Shown here: piece by piece, positions 1-12,353 of the stretch
How the letters are laid out: each line of letters begins with the position of its first letter
How positions within the stretch are numbered: the first letter of the stretch is position 1
Origin: Eledone cirrhosa
Lineage: Eukaryota
Reading direction: 5' to 3'
NCBI GenBank assembly: GCA_964016885.1
Contig: OZ024743.1
Location: 342,984,001 to 343,048,000 of the forward strand
DNA: 64,000 nt
Made by a program: the position numbers and the translations under genes
The notes under the pieces: model-generated
What the model saw: the letters and a program-made list of their open reading frames with translations, nothing else
What the model was told of the DNA's origin: nothing
Database searches by the model: none

Positions 1-440
1 TCGAAGGTTGTCATGAAGCACTCAATGAGAGAGTAAGCAATAAATCACTCCTCAGAGTACTCACAATAAGTGAATAAATTCCTTTGTTCACATTTTGAAT
101 GTACGCTCCAAAACCCGGATATGAACTTCCTTTTTTTATTGAGAAAGAACACGTGACCTCACTGCCAAATTTACTACTACAGTCGTAAGGCAATGTTGTC
201 TCTTAAGCCTTAGAAAGTGGATACTGGAACGAAAGACCTGTTGACGAAGGGAAATCCCCGTTCCATCTTAGGATACATTACTGACTTGCATATACATTAT
301 GCAACTTGGAGTGTAGCTTCCGAATTTCCCAGAAACCTTTCGAAGATATTTGTCAATCGATATCTAATATCTATCGATCAGGTCCAGGTTCGTCATTAAC
401 CAGTCTGTACCAAATTTTTGGAACTACCAATATTGGGAGT
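1..440 (-). repeat. Unclassified dispersed repeat, homologous (inverted) to 16440-16950
   Basis: 70-160 aligns by eye with the reverse complement of ~16805-16895 (ttcctt..gtt.aca.tttgaat.tac....caaaa.ccgg...aacacgtgac). Confidence 0.5.
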
Positions 441-458
441 TCCAAATGAACACCACCA

Positions 459-644
459 CGGTGGATTGGCAGTATCGGTAGAGGGTCGGACGCCATGCTT
501 TCCAGCATAGTTACGTCCCTTTACGATCTGAGTTCAAATCCCGCCGAGGTTGACTTTGCCTTTCATCCTTACGGGGTCGATAAAATAAAGTACCAGTAAT
601 GCACTGGGTAATTGCTGACCTTGTGCCTAAAGTAGAAACAAATA
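459..644 (+). mobile_element. tRNA-derived SINE (family S1, ~185 bp)
   Basis: A-box-like tggcagtatcggt, B-box gagttcaaatcc, core gcctttcatccttacggggtcgataaaataaagtaccag; many near-identical copies in the window. Confidence 0.9.
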
Positions 645-941
645 TTGAAAGAACATTGCTCTCTCTTCAGGGAAGAGTTCTTTGGAATAAACGGAGATAT
701 TGCTCATAAAGTATACAAACTATTGCCTAAATCACATGTTGTCCAAAACGTTACGTAGTTGAACTACTAAATGAACAAATCTCTTTGTATATATTAGGAC
801 AATACGACAGAAATAACAACAGAAAACCGTCTAAATCTACTCTACAATGAAGGAGTGGTTAACATAAATTTACAAAAAAATATTTGTCTCTAATACTTAG
901 ACATTTTAACGAATGGATAAAATAATATATATTTAAATTCA

Positions 942-1130
942 TAATTGTTTCTACTTTTGGCACAAGTCCAGCACATACCCAGTGTATTACTGGTACTTTA
1001 TTTTATGGACCCCATCAGGATGAAAGGCAAAGTTACCCTCGGCGGGATTTGAACTCAGAATGGCAAGGGCCGTAACACTATGCGTCAAAGCATGGCGTCC
1101 GACCCTCTACCGATACTGCCAATCCACCGC
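942..1130 (-). mobile_element. SINE S1 with target-site duplication
   Basis: Reverse complement of S1; flanked by direct repeat tatatttaaattcataat (~928-945 and ~1133-1150). Confidence 0.9.
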
Positions 1131-1607
1131 TCTATATTTAAATTCATAATGCAACTTATTTCATTGCCACCACCTTCAGAAGCTGCAGAAACAGTTTTGT
1201 TCTTTCTCAACAACATAAAAACAAAAACTCGCAATGCTTTTAAAATATCAACATTAAATGTCCCGCAAAATTTAAAGTCTCTGCAGCAACATGTTAACTG
1301 CATTCAGTGGCATCCACAACGACCTTGTCTCAAACTGCAAGAAACTGGTACAATAACAAAAGTGTTGAAGAAGACATATCTTTTGAATTAAAATATATAA
1401 AGTAAATGTTAAGCATTTTCTATTTTTAGCATTTGTGTGGGTTTCATCAGCAGCAGTAGCAGCACTGTTAAACATGCATTTTTCCATGCAAGTGTGGGTT
1501 AGACGAGTTGTCACGTTGTGAGACAAGTCAGATCAAATGACCGTGTATTGCTTATATAGAACTGTTTCTGGCTTTGTTTCTACAGTTGGATACCAATCCT
1601 AACGCTA

Positions 1608-1728
1608 ACCACATTTACTGTGTGGAGTGGTTGCTTTTTATCGTGGCACCAACACGACCACTTTACAGTGTGGACTGGGCGCTTTGTGTGGTGGGACCAA
1701 AACGACTACTTTACAGTGTGGACTGGGG
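1608..1728. repeat. ~50-bp tandem repeat, about 2.5 copies
   Basis: Recurring unit ..cactttacagtgtggactggg.. Confidence 0.6.
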
Positions 1729-2032
1729 GCTGGGATGAGGAAGGTGCGTGTATGTAGGGTGAGGACTGGAAAGGTCGGTCTGGGTGGGGTCCTTAGCTGG
1801 TGATGACTGGAGTGTTATGACGTGGGAGGTGTATGGAAGGGGATAATTGGATTTGGTACGTTTTTGTACATTTTGGTACTTTTTAAATAAAGTTTCTACA
1901 ACCTTGGTTCCACCATGCTGTCTACATTTACCCTATCTGGAGAAGCAACGCGACGCCGGGAAATCTCTTGAGTAGCAAGCTACTAGATCAGTTAAAATAA
2001 ATTACTACACCCTCATGTTCGTTAAAGCTATC

Positions 2033-2067
<35 letters not shown>

Positions 2068-2086
2068 GTATATATATATATACAGA

Positions 2087-2120
<34 letters not shown>

Positions 2121-2123
<3 letters not shown>

Positions 2124-2590
2124 CTGGATGAAATTGTATTAACTTTTCACGCCATCTAGTGCTTTGTGACTGCCTCACACAATTCCATTGGAAAGGAAAA
2201 TCAAGGTAGAGAGGGAAGTGCTCTCTTCCCAGCATTTTGTTGAAAGATGGGTGAAAGAGGCAACAATGGCCCATTCACTCGGGCCGAGTGAATGGGCCTA
2301 CTCTGAGTATGTGCCTGTAAATTGGAGGTGGGAAACTGGGAGAGGGCACTTGCCCTGGTGGTCAGCGTCACCGTGGCTTTTTTTAATGGGCTTTCTCCAC
2401 GATGACCCTCGGAAGTCTCCCCCCTATTGGGGAATTTTTCATTGTTCCTTTTTTGTTACATCCTCTGTTTTCTTTCTTTTTTTTTACACGCAGAAATACC
2501 CATTTGTACCGTCCTGTATTGTCCTGTATTTTGTCCTGTACTGTCCTTAATGTCTTACTTTGTGTAAACCCTTGTGGTTAATAAAGAAAG
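2121..2590 (+). mobile_element. 3' end of a LINE (L1/Tx1-like, tentative)
   Basis: Peptide RKIKVEREVLSSQHFVERWV resembles the F..RW end of L1/Tx1 ORF2; T-rich 3' UTR ending aataaa; 5' flank is (TA)n. Confidence 0.45.
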
Positions 2591-2616
2591 CATTATTATT
2601 ATTATTGTTATTGTTA

Positions 2617-5600
2617 TTCCTTGAATCTCAGTCATTGACGTTGGTTAACTGGAAAGTCCGTTGGATTGAATATCAAGCCACTACCTGCAGCCTCAGATAT
2701 TCAGGACGTATCGGAGGGTTCTTGCTGTTCCAAGCAAGCATGCCTTTTGAAGCGTTCCAAAAAGCGTGAAGGGGCCGATTTTCTTCAACCATCCCTGGAA
2801 ACCTTTGGAGATAGTCCCCAGTGCGCCTATGACAATTGGGATCACTTTGACTTCATGGCAGTTCCAAATCCTTTTCACCTCCCACTTTAGGTCCTGGTAT
2901 CGGTTAATTTTCTCCCTCTCCTTCTCTTGCACTCTCGTGTCGAACGGGCAGGCCACATCCACAATCAGGCACGATCTTTTTTCTTTGTCCACAACCACCA
3001 GGTCAGGTCTATTGTGTTCCAGTTTTTTGTCTGTCTGTATCCTAAAATCCCACAGCACCTTCACCTGACTGTTCTCCATCACCGCCTCTGGCCTATGCTC
3101 ATACCATTTCTCAGAATGTGGTAGATTGTTTACTTTGCACAGGTGCCAGTGGATCACCCTGCCCATCACATCGTGTCTCCAGCCCTTATAGTGGGTCTGG
3201 GCTAGGTGTTTACACTCGGACACAATGTGAGCCACAGTCTCCTCTCTCTCTCCACAGATCCTGCACAGTGGGCTAGCCTCCTCCTTGTAGATATGGTGCT
3301 TCAACCACTTCGTTTTGAGGGCCTGCTCCTGCGCAGCCATTAGCATTCCTTCTGTAGCCTTTTTGAGGTCTCCTCTTCTCAACCAGTTCCATGTCTGTGG
3401 ATCTCTAAATTCAGTTTTCTCAAAGAAGGTACTATGAAGGGATTTTCCCTTAAGGCTGCTCTTCCTCCTTGATGTTATTTCCTCCTTGGATATCCCCTGG
3501 CCTACTGTCCCCTCCTTCGGTACAGCTCTGAGCATTGGCTCCTTACTATAGGTCACGTATTTGTATAGGTTGTTTTTCTCCATCTGAACACAGTCCTCTA
3601 TGCTGATAAGACCTCTTCCACCCTCAGATCTCCTTAGGTAGAGTCTATCGACATCACTCCTCTTGTGGAACATGTTGTAGATAGTCAATAGCTTCCTAGT
3701 CTTCCTATCCATTTCTTTTTGTTCAGCAACATTCCATCTCAGAATTCCCGCACTGTACCTAATAATAGACACAGCTCGGGAATTTACTGCGCTTATGGCA
3801 TTTCTGCTGTTCAGATGTGATTTCAGTACGCTCCTTACTCTCCGAATGTATTCAGTTCTTAACAATTCCTTCATTTTTTTGTTCTTTATGCCATCAGCCT
3901 CCAGAACGCCCAAATACTTGTATCCTTCCTCAGAGTCAATTTCCTTTATCATCTCACCTGTTGGTATCTGGATCCCGTTACTTCTGCTCAACCTACCCCT
4001 CTTCATCACAATGACTCCACATTTACCAATACCAAACTGCATACATATATCACTGCAGAAAATACGGACAGTGTCAACAAGCACATCCAACTCCTTCTCA
4101 CTTTTCCCGAAGAGCTTAAGATCGTCCATGAAGAGGAGGTGATTGATGGTAAGCTCTCCCCTTCCCAACTTGTATCCTGCTCTCACTTTTCGCAGCATAA
4201 TGGTCAAGGGCATCAGGGCAAAAACAAACAACAGAGGGGACAGGCTATCTCCCTGGAAGATACCTCTCTTGATCTTCACGCTTCCCAAGGATACTCCAGT
4301 TGATGTCAACTCTGTCTCCCAGGACCCCATACTCCTGCCCAGCAACTGTCTGATGTTATCTGCCACCCTGAAGATCTCCAGGCTTTTGGTGATCCAGGAA
4401 TGAGGCACCATGTCAAATGCCTTTCTGTAGTCTATCCATCCCATGGCAAGATCAGTGTGTCTCCTCCTGCAATTCCCCATTACCATCTTATCAATAAGCA
4501 ACTGGTCCTTTGTACCACGTGACTTCTTTCGGCATCCTTTCTGTTCGTCCGGTAACAAGTTGTTTGTGTGGAGGTGATGGTAGATTTCCTCAGACACAAT
4601 GCTCGTCAACAGTTTCCACATTACGGGCAGACATGTGATAGGTCTATAGTTGGTAACATCATTACCCTTGATTCGGTCTTTCATTATCAGAACTGTGGTA
4701 CCTTTTGTCAACCACTCTGGCACCTCACCCGACACCAAGCAGTCATTGAACATGGCCGTCAGCTTCGGGTGGAGGGATGTTAAATGTTTAATCCAATACC
4801 CCTGCACACCATCTGGGCCTGGTGATTTCCAGTTGGTTAGTTTTTTGGCTTGCCCCGTAAGAGTTTCAACTGTGATACTCAAATCAGTCTGTTGCTGTGC
4901 CTGCTCACCGATCTCCCTCTGTACTGTCTCAATCCACCCTGCCTGGGCATTGTGTCTAACATCCTGCTCCCATATTCCTCTCCAGAATGTTTTAGCTTGT
5001 TCCGCCCCAGGGATCAAGTCGTTGCCTCTTTCTTTCCCCTCAAGCTGTCCAAACAGCATCTTCTGGTTGTTGTCGAACATGCGGTTCTGTTTATACTGAC
5101 TGACTCTGTTCTCGTATCGCCTGATTTTGGCACTCTTTGCTACAATGCGTTGCTTCAATTCCTCTATGATAATATTTAGCTTTTTACTCCTAGTTTTGTA
5201 TTTTATTTCCAGTCTATTTTTAGTGCCTATGTTTTTTAGTGTCCCATTCAGTAGTGACTCAAGCTTTCCTATGTCATTTCTCATTTCCCCGATTTGCCCA
5301 CTCAGTCGCTTCTTCCACCACGGCTCTGCTCTTTCTTGTCTGTTGTTTCCTCTCGCTTTTATACCAAGTAGTTTCCTCACCGTATTTGCTGTTGCTTTGA
5401 GGATATTGTTGCACTGGTGAAGACTCCTCGCCTCAAGGTATGGGATGACTTTGTTTACCTTAGCTGTTGTTTCTTTTAACTTTTTCCTGTCTACAAATCT
5501 TAGGTTCATAGGTCTCCCACTATCATTGTTCAACTCATCTACCACTAAATTTAGGATGTCAACCGAATCTTGTCCTAGCCCGTCAGCATTCATCTCCTCA

Positions 5601-6086
5601 GTGGCCGTATCTCTGTTCCAGGTATTATTTATCTCAGTATTCAGATCATTGTCTGCTTCGGGTGGTTCCTCCGTTCTCAGGACCTCCTCACCTTCATTTC
5701 CCGCCGGCTCGCTTGTCTGGCATACTACACCCGCCATCTCCAAGCCATTCTCTCTGCTCAGTTCCTCCAGTTCCAGCTCGCTTATCCACCCATTAGTTCT
5801 TATTACCCGAGCCTGCCCGGCCAATGTTTGTTCATCTAATTTAAATAAACCAATCTCGTTCCAGATGTTATGCATCCGTCTCCTGTAGCCCCTCTCCTTG
5901 GGGTTACTTTTCAGGTAGCATTGCATAACAGTTCTATTCAATTCTTTCGTCCAGTTGGTTCTGGCCCCTTTCCTTCTTCTTCTTCCTCCAACATCAGCAG
6001 TATTTGGTTGACAGTCAGGTTCCTGCTGCTGAGCCAGGGGGCACCTGTTGGGTGAGAGTCTGTCACATGACGTTCTAGTCTCCATC

Positions 6087-6088
<2 letters not shown>
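2617..6088 (-). mobile_element. R4/Dong-clade RLE non-LTR retrotransposon, family A copy 1 (5' UTR truncated)
   Basis: Single ORF with RT and RLE; (TAA)n on both flanks; ~75-nt 3' UTR shared with copies 2 and 3. Confidence 0.92.
2693..6085 (-). CDS. Intact 1130-aa retrotransposon protein: Myb-like N-terminus, reverse transcriptase, CCHC knuckle, restriction-like endonuclease
   Basis: WTKELN..CY..MHNIW (Myb-like); KSPGPDG, YRPITCL, QKGC, IDYRKAFDMV, GIFQGDSLSPLLF, LFMDDLKL, YKYLG (RT); CRICGEREETVAHIVSEC; RHD; NRPDLVVVD..VDVACP..EKINRYQDL (RLE); no stops or frameshifts. Confidence 0.93.
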   Translation of the reverse strand: METRTSCDRLSPNRCPLAQQQEPDCQPNTADVGGRRRRKGARTNWTKELNRTVMQCYLKSNPKERGYRRRMHNIWNEIGLFKLDEQTLAGQARVIRTNGWISELELEELSRENGLEMAGVVCQTSEPAGNEGEEVLRTEEPPEADNDLNTEINNTWNRDTATEEMNADGLGQDSVDILNLVVDELNNDSGRPMNLRFVDRKKLKETTAKVNKVIPYLEARSLHQCNNILKATANTVRKLLGIKARGNNRQERAEPWWKKRLSGQIGEMRNDIGKLESLLNGTLKNIGTKNRLEIKYKTRSKKLNIIIEELKQRIVAKSAKIRRYENRVSQYKQNRMFDNNQKMLFGQLEGKERGNDLIPGAEQAKTFWRGIWEQDVRHNAQAGWIETVQREIGEQAQQQTDLSITVETLTGQAKKLTNWKSPGPDGVQGYWIKHLTSLHPKLTAMFNDCLVSGEVPEWLTKGTTVLIMKDRIKGNDVTNYRPITCLPVMWKLLTSIVSEEIYHHLHTNNLLPDEQKGCRKKSRGTKDQLLIDKMVMGNCRRRHTDLAMGWIDYRKAFDMVPHSWITKSLEIFRVADNIRQLLGRSMGSWETELTSTGVSLGSVKIKRGIFQGDSLSPLLFVFALMPLTIMLRKVRAGYKLGRGELTINHLLFMDDLKLFGKSEKELDVLVDTVRIFCSDICMQFGIGKCGVIVMKRGRLSRSNGIQIPTGEMIKEIDSEEGYKYLGVLEADGIKNKKMKELLRTEYIRRVRSVLKSHLNSRNAISAVNSRAVSIIRYSAGILRWNVAEQKEMDRKTRKLLTIYNMFHKRSDVDRLYLRRSEGGRGLISIEDCVQMEKNNLYKYVTYSKEPMLRAVPKEGTVGQGISKEEITSRRKSSLKGKSLHSTFFEKTEFRDPQTWNWLRRGDLKKATEGMLMAAQEQALKTKWLKHHIYKEEASPLCRICGEREETVAHIVSECKHLAQTHYKGWRHDVMGRVIHWHLCKVNNLPHSEKWYEHRPEAVMENSQVKVLWDFRIQTDKKLEHNRPDLVVVDKEKRSCLIVDVACPFDTRVQEKEREKINRYQDLKWEVKRIWNCHEVKVIPIVIGALGTISKGFQGWLKKIGPFTLFGTLQKACLLGTARTLRYVLNI

Positions 6089-6163
<75 letters not shown>
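6088..6163. repeat. (TAA)n microsatellite spacer; others at 2592-2616, 9924-9959, 12331-12353, 13086-13131, 14645-14695
   Basis: Pure ATT/TAA runs between successive elements. Confidence 0.95.
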
Positions 6164-6164
<1 letters not shown>

Positions 6165-9100
6165 TCCTTGAGTCTCAGTCATTGATGTTAGTTAACTGGA
6201 AAGTTTGTTGGAATGAATATCAAGCCACTAGCTGCAGCCTCAGATATTCAGGACGTATCGGAGGGTTCTTGCTGTTCCTAGCAAGCATGCCTTCTGAAGC
6301 GTTCCAAAAAGCGTGAAGGGGCCGATTTTCTTTAACCATCCCTGGAAACTTTTGGAGATAGTCCCCAGTGCGCCTATGACAATCGGGATCACTTTGACTT
6401 CATGCCAGTTCCAAATCCTTTTTACCTCCCACTTTAAGTCCTGGTATCGGTTAATTTTCTCCCTCTCCTTCTCTTGCACTCTCGTGTCGAATGGGCAGGC
6501 CACATCCACAATCAGACACGATCTTTTTTCTTTGTCCACAACCACCAGGTCAGGTCTATTGTGTTCCAGTTTCTTGTCCGTCTGTATCCTAAAATCCCAC
6601 AGCACCTTCACCTGATCGTTCTCTATCACCGACTCTGGCTTATGCTCATACCATTTCTCAGAATGTGGTAAATTGTTTACTTTGCACAGGTGCCAGTGGA
6701 TCACCCTGCCCATCACATCATGTCTCCAGCCCTTATAGTGGGTCTGGGCTAGGTGTTTACACTCGGATACAATGTGAGCCACAGTCTCCTCTCTCTCTCC
6801 ACAGATCCTGCACAGTGGGCTAGCCTCCTCCTTGTAAATATGGTGTTTCAACCACTTCGTTTTGAGGGCCTGCTCCTGCGCAGCCATTAACATTCCTTCT
6901 GTAGCCTTTTTAAGATCTCCTCTTTTCAACCAGTTCCATGTCTGTGGATCTCTAAATTCAGTTTTCTCAAAGAAGGTACTATGAAGGGATTTTTCCTGAA
7001 GGCTGCTCTTTCTCCTTGATGTTATTTCCTCCTTGGACATCTCCTGGCCTATTGTCCCCTCCTTCAGTACAGTTCTGAGCATTGGCTCCTTACTATCAGT
7101 CACGTATTTGTGTAGGTTGTTTTTCTCCATCTGAACACAGTCTTCTATGCCGATAAGACCTCTTCCACCCTCAGATCTCCTTAAGTAGAGTCTATCGACA
7201 TCACTCCTCTTGGGGAACATGTTGTAGATAGTCAATAGCTTCCTAGTCTTCCTATCCATTTCTTTTTGTTCAGCAACATTCCATCTCTGAATTTCCGCAC
7301 TGTACCTAATAATAGACACAGCTCGGGAATTTACTGCGCTTATGGCATTTCTGCTGTTCAGATGTGACTTCAATACGCTCCTTACTCTCCGAATGTATTC
7401 AGTTCTTAACAATTCCTTCATTTTTTTGTTCTTTATGCCATCAGCCTCCAGAACGCCCAAATACTTGTATCCTTCCTCAGAGTCAATTTCCTTTATCATC
7501 TCACCTGTTGGTATCTGGATTCCGTTACTTCTGCTCAACCTACCCCTCCTCATCACAATGACTCCACACTTACTAATACCAAATTGCATACATATATCAC
7601 TGCTGAAAATACGGACAGTGTCAACAAGCACATCCAACTCCTTTTCACTCTTCCCGAAGAGCTTAAGATCGTCCATGAAGAGGAGGTGATTGATGGTAAG
7701 CCCTCCCTTTCCCAACCTGTATCCTGCTCTCACTTTTCGCAGCATAATGGTCAAGGGCATCAGGGCAAAAACAAACAACAGAGGGGACAGGCTATCTCCC
7801 TGGAAGATACCTCTCTTGATCTTCACGCTTCCCAAGGATTCTCCAGTTGATGTCAACTCTGTCTCCAAGGACCTCATACTTTTGCCCAACAACTGTCTGA
7901 TGTTATCTGCCACCTTGAAGATCTCCAGGCTTTTGGTGATCCAAGAATGAGGCACCATGTCAAATGACTTTCTGTAGTCTATCCATCCCATGGCAAGATC
8001 AGTGTGTCTCCTCCTGCAATTCCCCATTACCATCTTATCAATAAGTAACTGGTCCTTTGTACCACGTGACTTCTTTCGGCATCCTTTCTGTTCGTCCGGT
8101 AACAAGTTGTTTGTGTGGAGGTGATGGTAGATTTCCTCAGACACAATGCTCGTCAACAGTTTCCACATTACGGACAGACATGTGATAGGTCTATAGTTGG
8201 TAACATCATTACCCTTGATTCGGTCTTTCATTATCAGAACTGTGGTACCTTTTGTCAACCACTCTGGTACCTCACCTGACATCAAGCAGTCATTGAACAT
8301 GGTTGTCAGTTTCGGGTGGAGGGATGTTATGCTTTTAATCCAATACCCCTGCACACCATCTGGGCCTGGTGATTTCCAGTTGGTTAGTTTTTTGGCCTGC
8401 CCCTTAAGAGTTTCAACTGTGATACTCAAATCAGTTTGTTGGTGTGCCTGTTCACTGATCCCTTCTGTACTGTCTCAATCTACACTGCCTGGTCATTATG
8501 TTTAACATCCTGCTCCCATATTCCTCTCCAGAATGTTTTAGTTTGTTCCGCCTCAGGGATCAAGTCGTTGCCTCTTTCTTTCCCTTCAAGCTGTCCAAAC
8601 AGCATCTTCTGGTTGTTGTCGAACATGCGGTTCTGTCTATACTGACTGACTCTGTTCTCGTATCGCCTGATTTTTGCACTCTTTGCTACAATGCGTTGCT
8701 TCAGTTCCTCTATGATAATATTTAGCTTTTTCCTCCTAGTTTTGTACTTTATTTCCAGTCTATGTTTAGTGTCTATGTTTTTTATTGTCCCATTCAGTAG
8801 GGACTCAAGCTTTCCAATGTCATTTCTCATTTCCCTGATTTGACCACTCAGTCGTTTCTTCCACCAAGGCTCTGCTCTTTCTTGTCTGTTGTTTCCTCTC
8901 GCTTTTATACCAAGTAGTTTCCTCACCGTATTTGCTGTTGCTTTGAGGATATTGTTGCACTGGTGAAGGCTCCTCGCCTCAAGGTATGGGATGACTTTGT
9001 TTACCTTAGCTGTTGTTTCTTTTAACTTTTTCCTGTCTACAAATCTTAGGTTCAATTCATCTACCACTAAATTTAGGATATCAACCAAATCTTGTCCTAG

Positions 9101-9905
9101 CCCGTCAGCATTCATCTCCTCAGTGGCCGTATCTCTGTTCCAGGTATTATTTATCTCAGTATTCAGATCATTGTCTGCTTCGGGTGGTTCCTCCGTTCTC
9201 TCGACCTCTTCACCTTCATTTCCCACTGGCTCGTTTGCCTGGCATACTCCACTCTCCATCTCCAAGCTAATCTCTCTGCTCAGTTCCTCCAGTTCCAGCT
9301 CGCTTATCCACCCATTAGTTCTTATTACCCAAGCCTGCCCGGCCAATTTTTGTTCATCTAATTTAAATAGACCAATCTCGTTCCAGATGTTATGCATCCA
9401 TTTTGCTATAGCCCCTCTCCTTGGGGTTACTTTTCAGGTAACATTGCATAACAGTTCTATTTAATTCTTTCGTCCAGTTGGTTCTGGTCCCTTTCCTTCT
9501 TCTTCTTCCTCCGACACCAGCAGTATTTGGTTGACAGCCAGGTCCCTGCTGCTGAGCCAGGGAGCACCTGTTGGGTGAGAGTCTGTCACATGACGTTCTA
9601 GTCTCCATTTCACCGTTATTCGAACTGTTTAGGTTCGACATTTAAACACTCTTATCGAGGATTGGCGAATGTATGGTTACATAACCACCGGTGGATTCAC
9701 CGCCTCCGGTGGTTGCGTCACTCCACGTGGCTCTTGTGTGGCATTATCACGCTGTAGACGAACACAAATAAACAAACAAACAAACAGGCAGAAAAAAACC
9801 CACAAATGAATAAGCATAAGTTTCATTGTAATGTAGTGTTCGAATGTCTGACTTAGTTTTTCCCTTCCTTTCTCTGTCCGTCCGTTTGTTTCTCTCTTCA
9901 TTCTT
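6164..9905 (-). mobile_element. R4/Dong family A copy 2, near full length with 5' UTR, frameshifted
   Basis: ORF pieces 9390-9641, 8480-9397 and 6240-8429 are collinear with the copy 1 protein; extra N-terminal MSNLNSSNNGE; 24-bp in-frame deletion near 9050; 5' boundary (~9760-9905) uncertain. Confidence 0.88.
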
Positions 9906-9923
9906 ATTTTCTTCTTCTTCTTC

Positions 9924-9959
<36 letters not shown>

Positions 9960-9960
<1 letters not shown>

Positions 9961-12328
9961 AGTTGCATTTATCTTGCTTTATGTTCATACGAGTTATCAC
10001 CAAGTCACAACCAGTGACCTCAAGAGACAACAAGGTCCGCCATGTTCAAGAAAGAACATACATTTTCACACATGCATCTTTAGTGTTTAGACTTGTGATG
10101 TACTTATATTGACAGAATCTTCCTTAGTATATGGGCAGTTCCCATTAGTACTATCTTTTGTATTTCTCCTATACGGGGTTGCCTGGGATTTTCGATATGT
10201 AATCATTAGACCCCTTAGGTACCATTGCTAGAGCGGCTACAACCACTGGTATTGTTTTAGTTCTCAATTTCCACATTTTTCCAATTTCTATCTCCAGGTC
10301 CTTATACTTGCTCAATTTTTCAAATGTTTTTATAGATACATTCTTGTCTATTGGAACAGACATATCAATTAGCAGGCATACCCTCTTTTGAAAATCTTTC
10401 AATATTATATCAGGTCTGTTTGCATCTATTTTTCGGTCTGTTTGGATGCTAAAGTTCCACAAGATTGAGATGTGATCTTTTTCAAGTATGGGAGGTGGTT
10501 GATGCTCCCACCAATTCTTTTGATGGGGCAGGTCAAAATGCTTACACATTATCCAATGTATGTATTGTGCAGCTCTGTCATGCCTGTTTAGGTATTCGGT
10601 TGGAGCTATAGGACTGCACATTGAAATTATATGGTCGATGGTCTCTGGTTGTTTTTTGCATACACGGCATAATGGGCTGCATCCATTTTTTATTATGTTG
10701 GCTTGGTAATTTTTTGTTGGCAGACACTGATCTTGTGCTGATATAATCAGTCCTTCAGTCTCCGATTTCAGTTCAGAGGATGCCAACCACTGATGGGTTA
10801 AAGTTTTGTCAACATCAGGATTGTTAACTCGCTCTGGGTATTTTCCATACAGAGGCTTTTCTTGCCATTTCTTAGCCAGTTTCTGTAGCAGTTCTTTCTT
10901 TGCAGTTACTTTTACCTACTTTGCTTTTTCTGTGTTTTCCATTTCAGCAGTAAATGGGACTTCTGAAATGTGTAGTCCATTACTGTATCTTTGTGCATCT
11001 ATTGTAATGGAATATGATATTTTGATGCTTTCGTGTTTCAAAACGAGTTTGATCATCCAATCATGTGATTCCCTTAGATATGTAGATAATCCAATTGTTG
11101 CAGTTTTCAACGCAATGTCTAACTGGATTAACCCACGTCCTCCTTCTTTCCTAGGGAGATATATTCTATCTATATCTGCCTTAGGGTGATGCATTCTGTG
11201 CATGGTTAAGATTTTTCGAATTTTTGTATCGAGCCTACGGATCTCTGTGCTTGACCAGTTGATGACATTGTAACTGTAGGTTACTACTGGTATGACAAGC
11301 GTGTTTATGGCATCGATCCTATTCCTTGCATTCAATTCCGTTCTTAAGATTGCTCTTACTCTGCGGTAACATTCCTTCCTTATCCTTTCCCTCATTGTCG
11401 AGTGCGTGATTCCGTCTCCTTCACAAACACCTAGATATTTGTAAGTTTTTTCTTGATCAAGTTCTCTTATCACGTTCCCCCGATCAAGATTAATGTCTGA
11501 ACTCTTCAGCAGCTTTCCTCTGGTGAACGTTGCTTTGGCGCATTTATCTAGTCCAAACTCCATTTTAATGTCATCACTGAACTGCTTCACAGTGGATAAT
11601 AGCCCTTGCAATTGTTCATCATTTTTTGGCAAATAGTTTCAGGTCATCCATGTAGAACAGGTGATTAATTGTTTTGTCATAGACTTTATATCCATGTTTT
11701 GTTTCATTGAGCATTTTACCTAATGGTATAAGTGCGATGCAGAATAAAAGCGGTGATAAAGAGTCACCCTGAAAAATTCCACAATTAATATTAACTTCTC
11801 CAGCTTCCAGTGATTTTGTTTCACTATTCAAAAGGAGTGTCGTTTTCCATGTCTTCATACTGAATGACAAAAACCTCCTGACAACGGGGTATACTTTGAA
11901 AATCTCTAAACATTTTTCAATCCAACTGTGTGGCAAACTATCAAATGCTTTTTTATAATCTATCCAAGTAATCGATAGATTTTTGTGTCTATTATGACAA
12001 TCTTCCAGTATCATTTTGTTAACCAGAAGCTGATCCTTACAGCCATATGAGCCTCGTTTACACCCTTTCTGCTCAATGGGAAATAGTTAATTTGTTATCA
12101 GGTGGTCATATGTGTATTCAGTTAGGACTGATGTTAAAATTTTATACATTGTGGTCAAGCAAGTTATCGGTCTGTAATTTTTGGGATTGTTTGTCTCATC
12201 ATTCTTCGGAAGCACTAATGTAATGCCGTTAACTAGCCATGATGGTATTTTTTCTGGCTCCTTAACTATTTCATTGTAAAGTTGGGCTAACAGCTCATGA
12301 GACTCTGTGAAGGCATTTATCCAAAAGT
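9960..12328 (-). mobile_element. R4/Dong family B copy 1, 5'-truncated, with stops and frameshifts
   Basis: IDYKKAFDSLPH, GIFQGDSLSPLLF, FYMDDLKL, CRVCKKQPETIDHIISMC, RHD, NRPDII; flanked by (TAA)n. Confidence 0.88.
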
Positions 12329-12353
12329 TTTATTATTATTATTATTATTATTA

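Noticed and set aside
459-560. tRNA gene
   Set aside because: A and B boxes are present but there is no full cloverleaf, and the sequence continues into a SINE body in many copies.
1080-1526. ORFs of 72-103 aa as host genes
   Set aside because: Partly SINE-derived, with no recognisable domain or convincing splice signals.
2560-9464. Numerous + strand ORFs antisense to the Dong ORFs
   Set aside because: Shadow frames of the retrotransposon coding strand. They recur only because the copies are near-identical.
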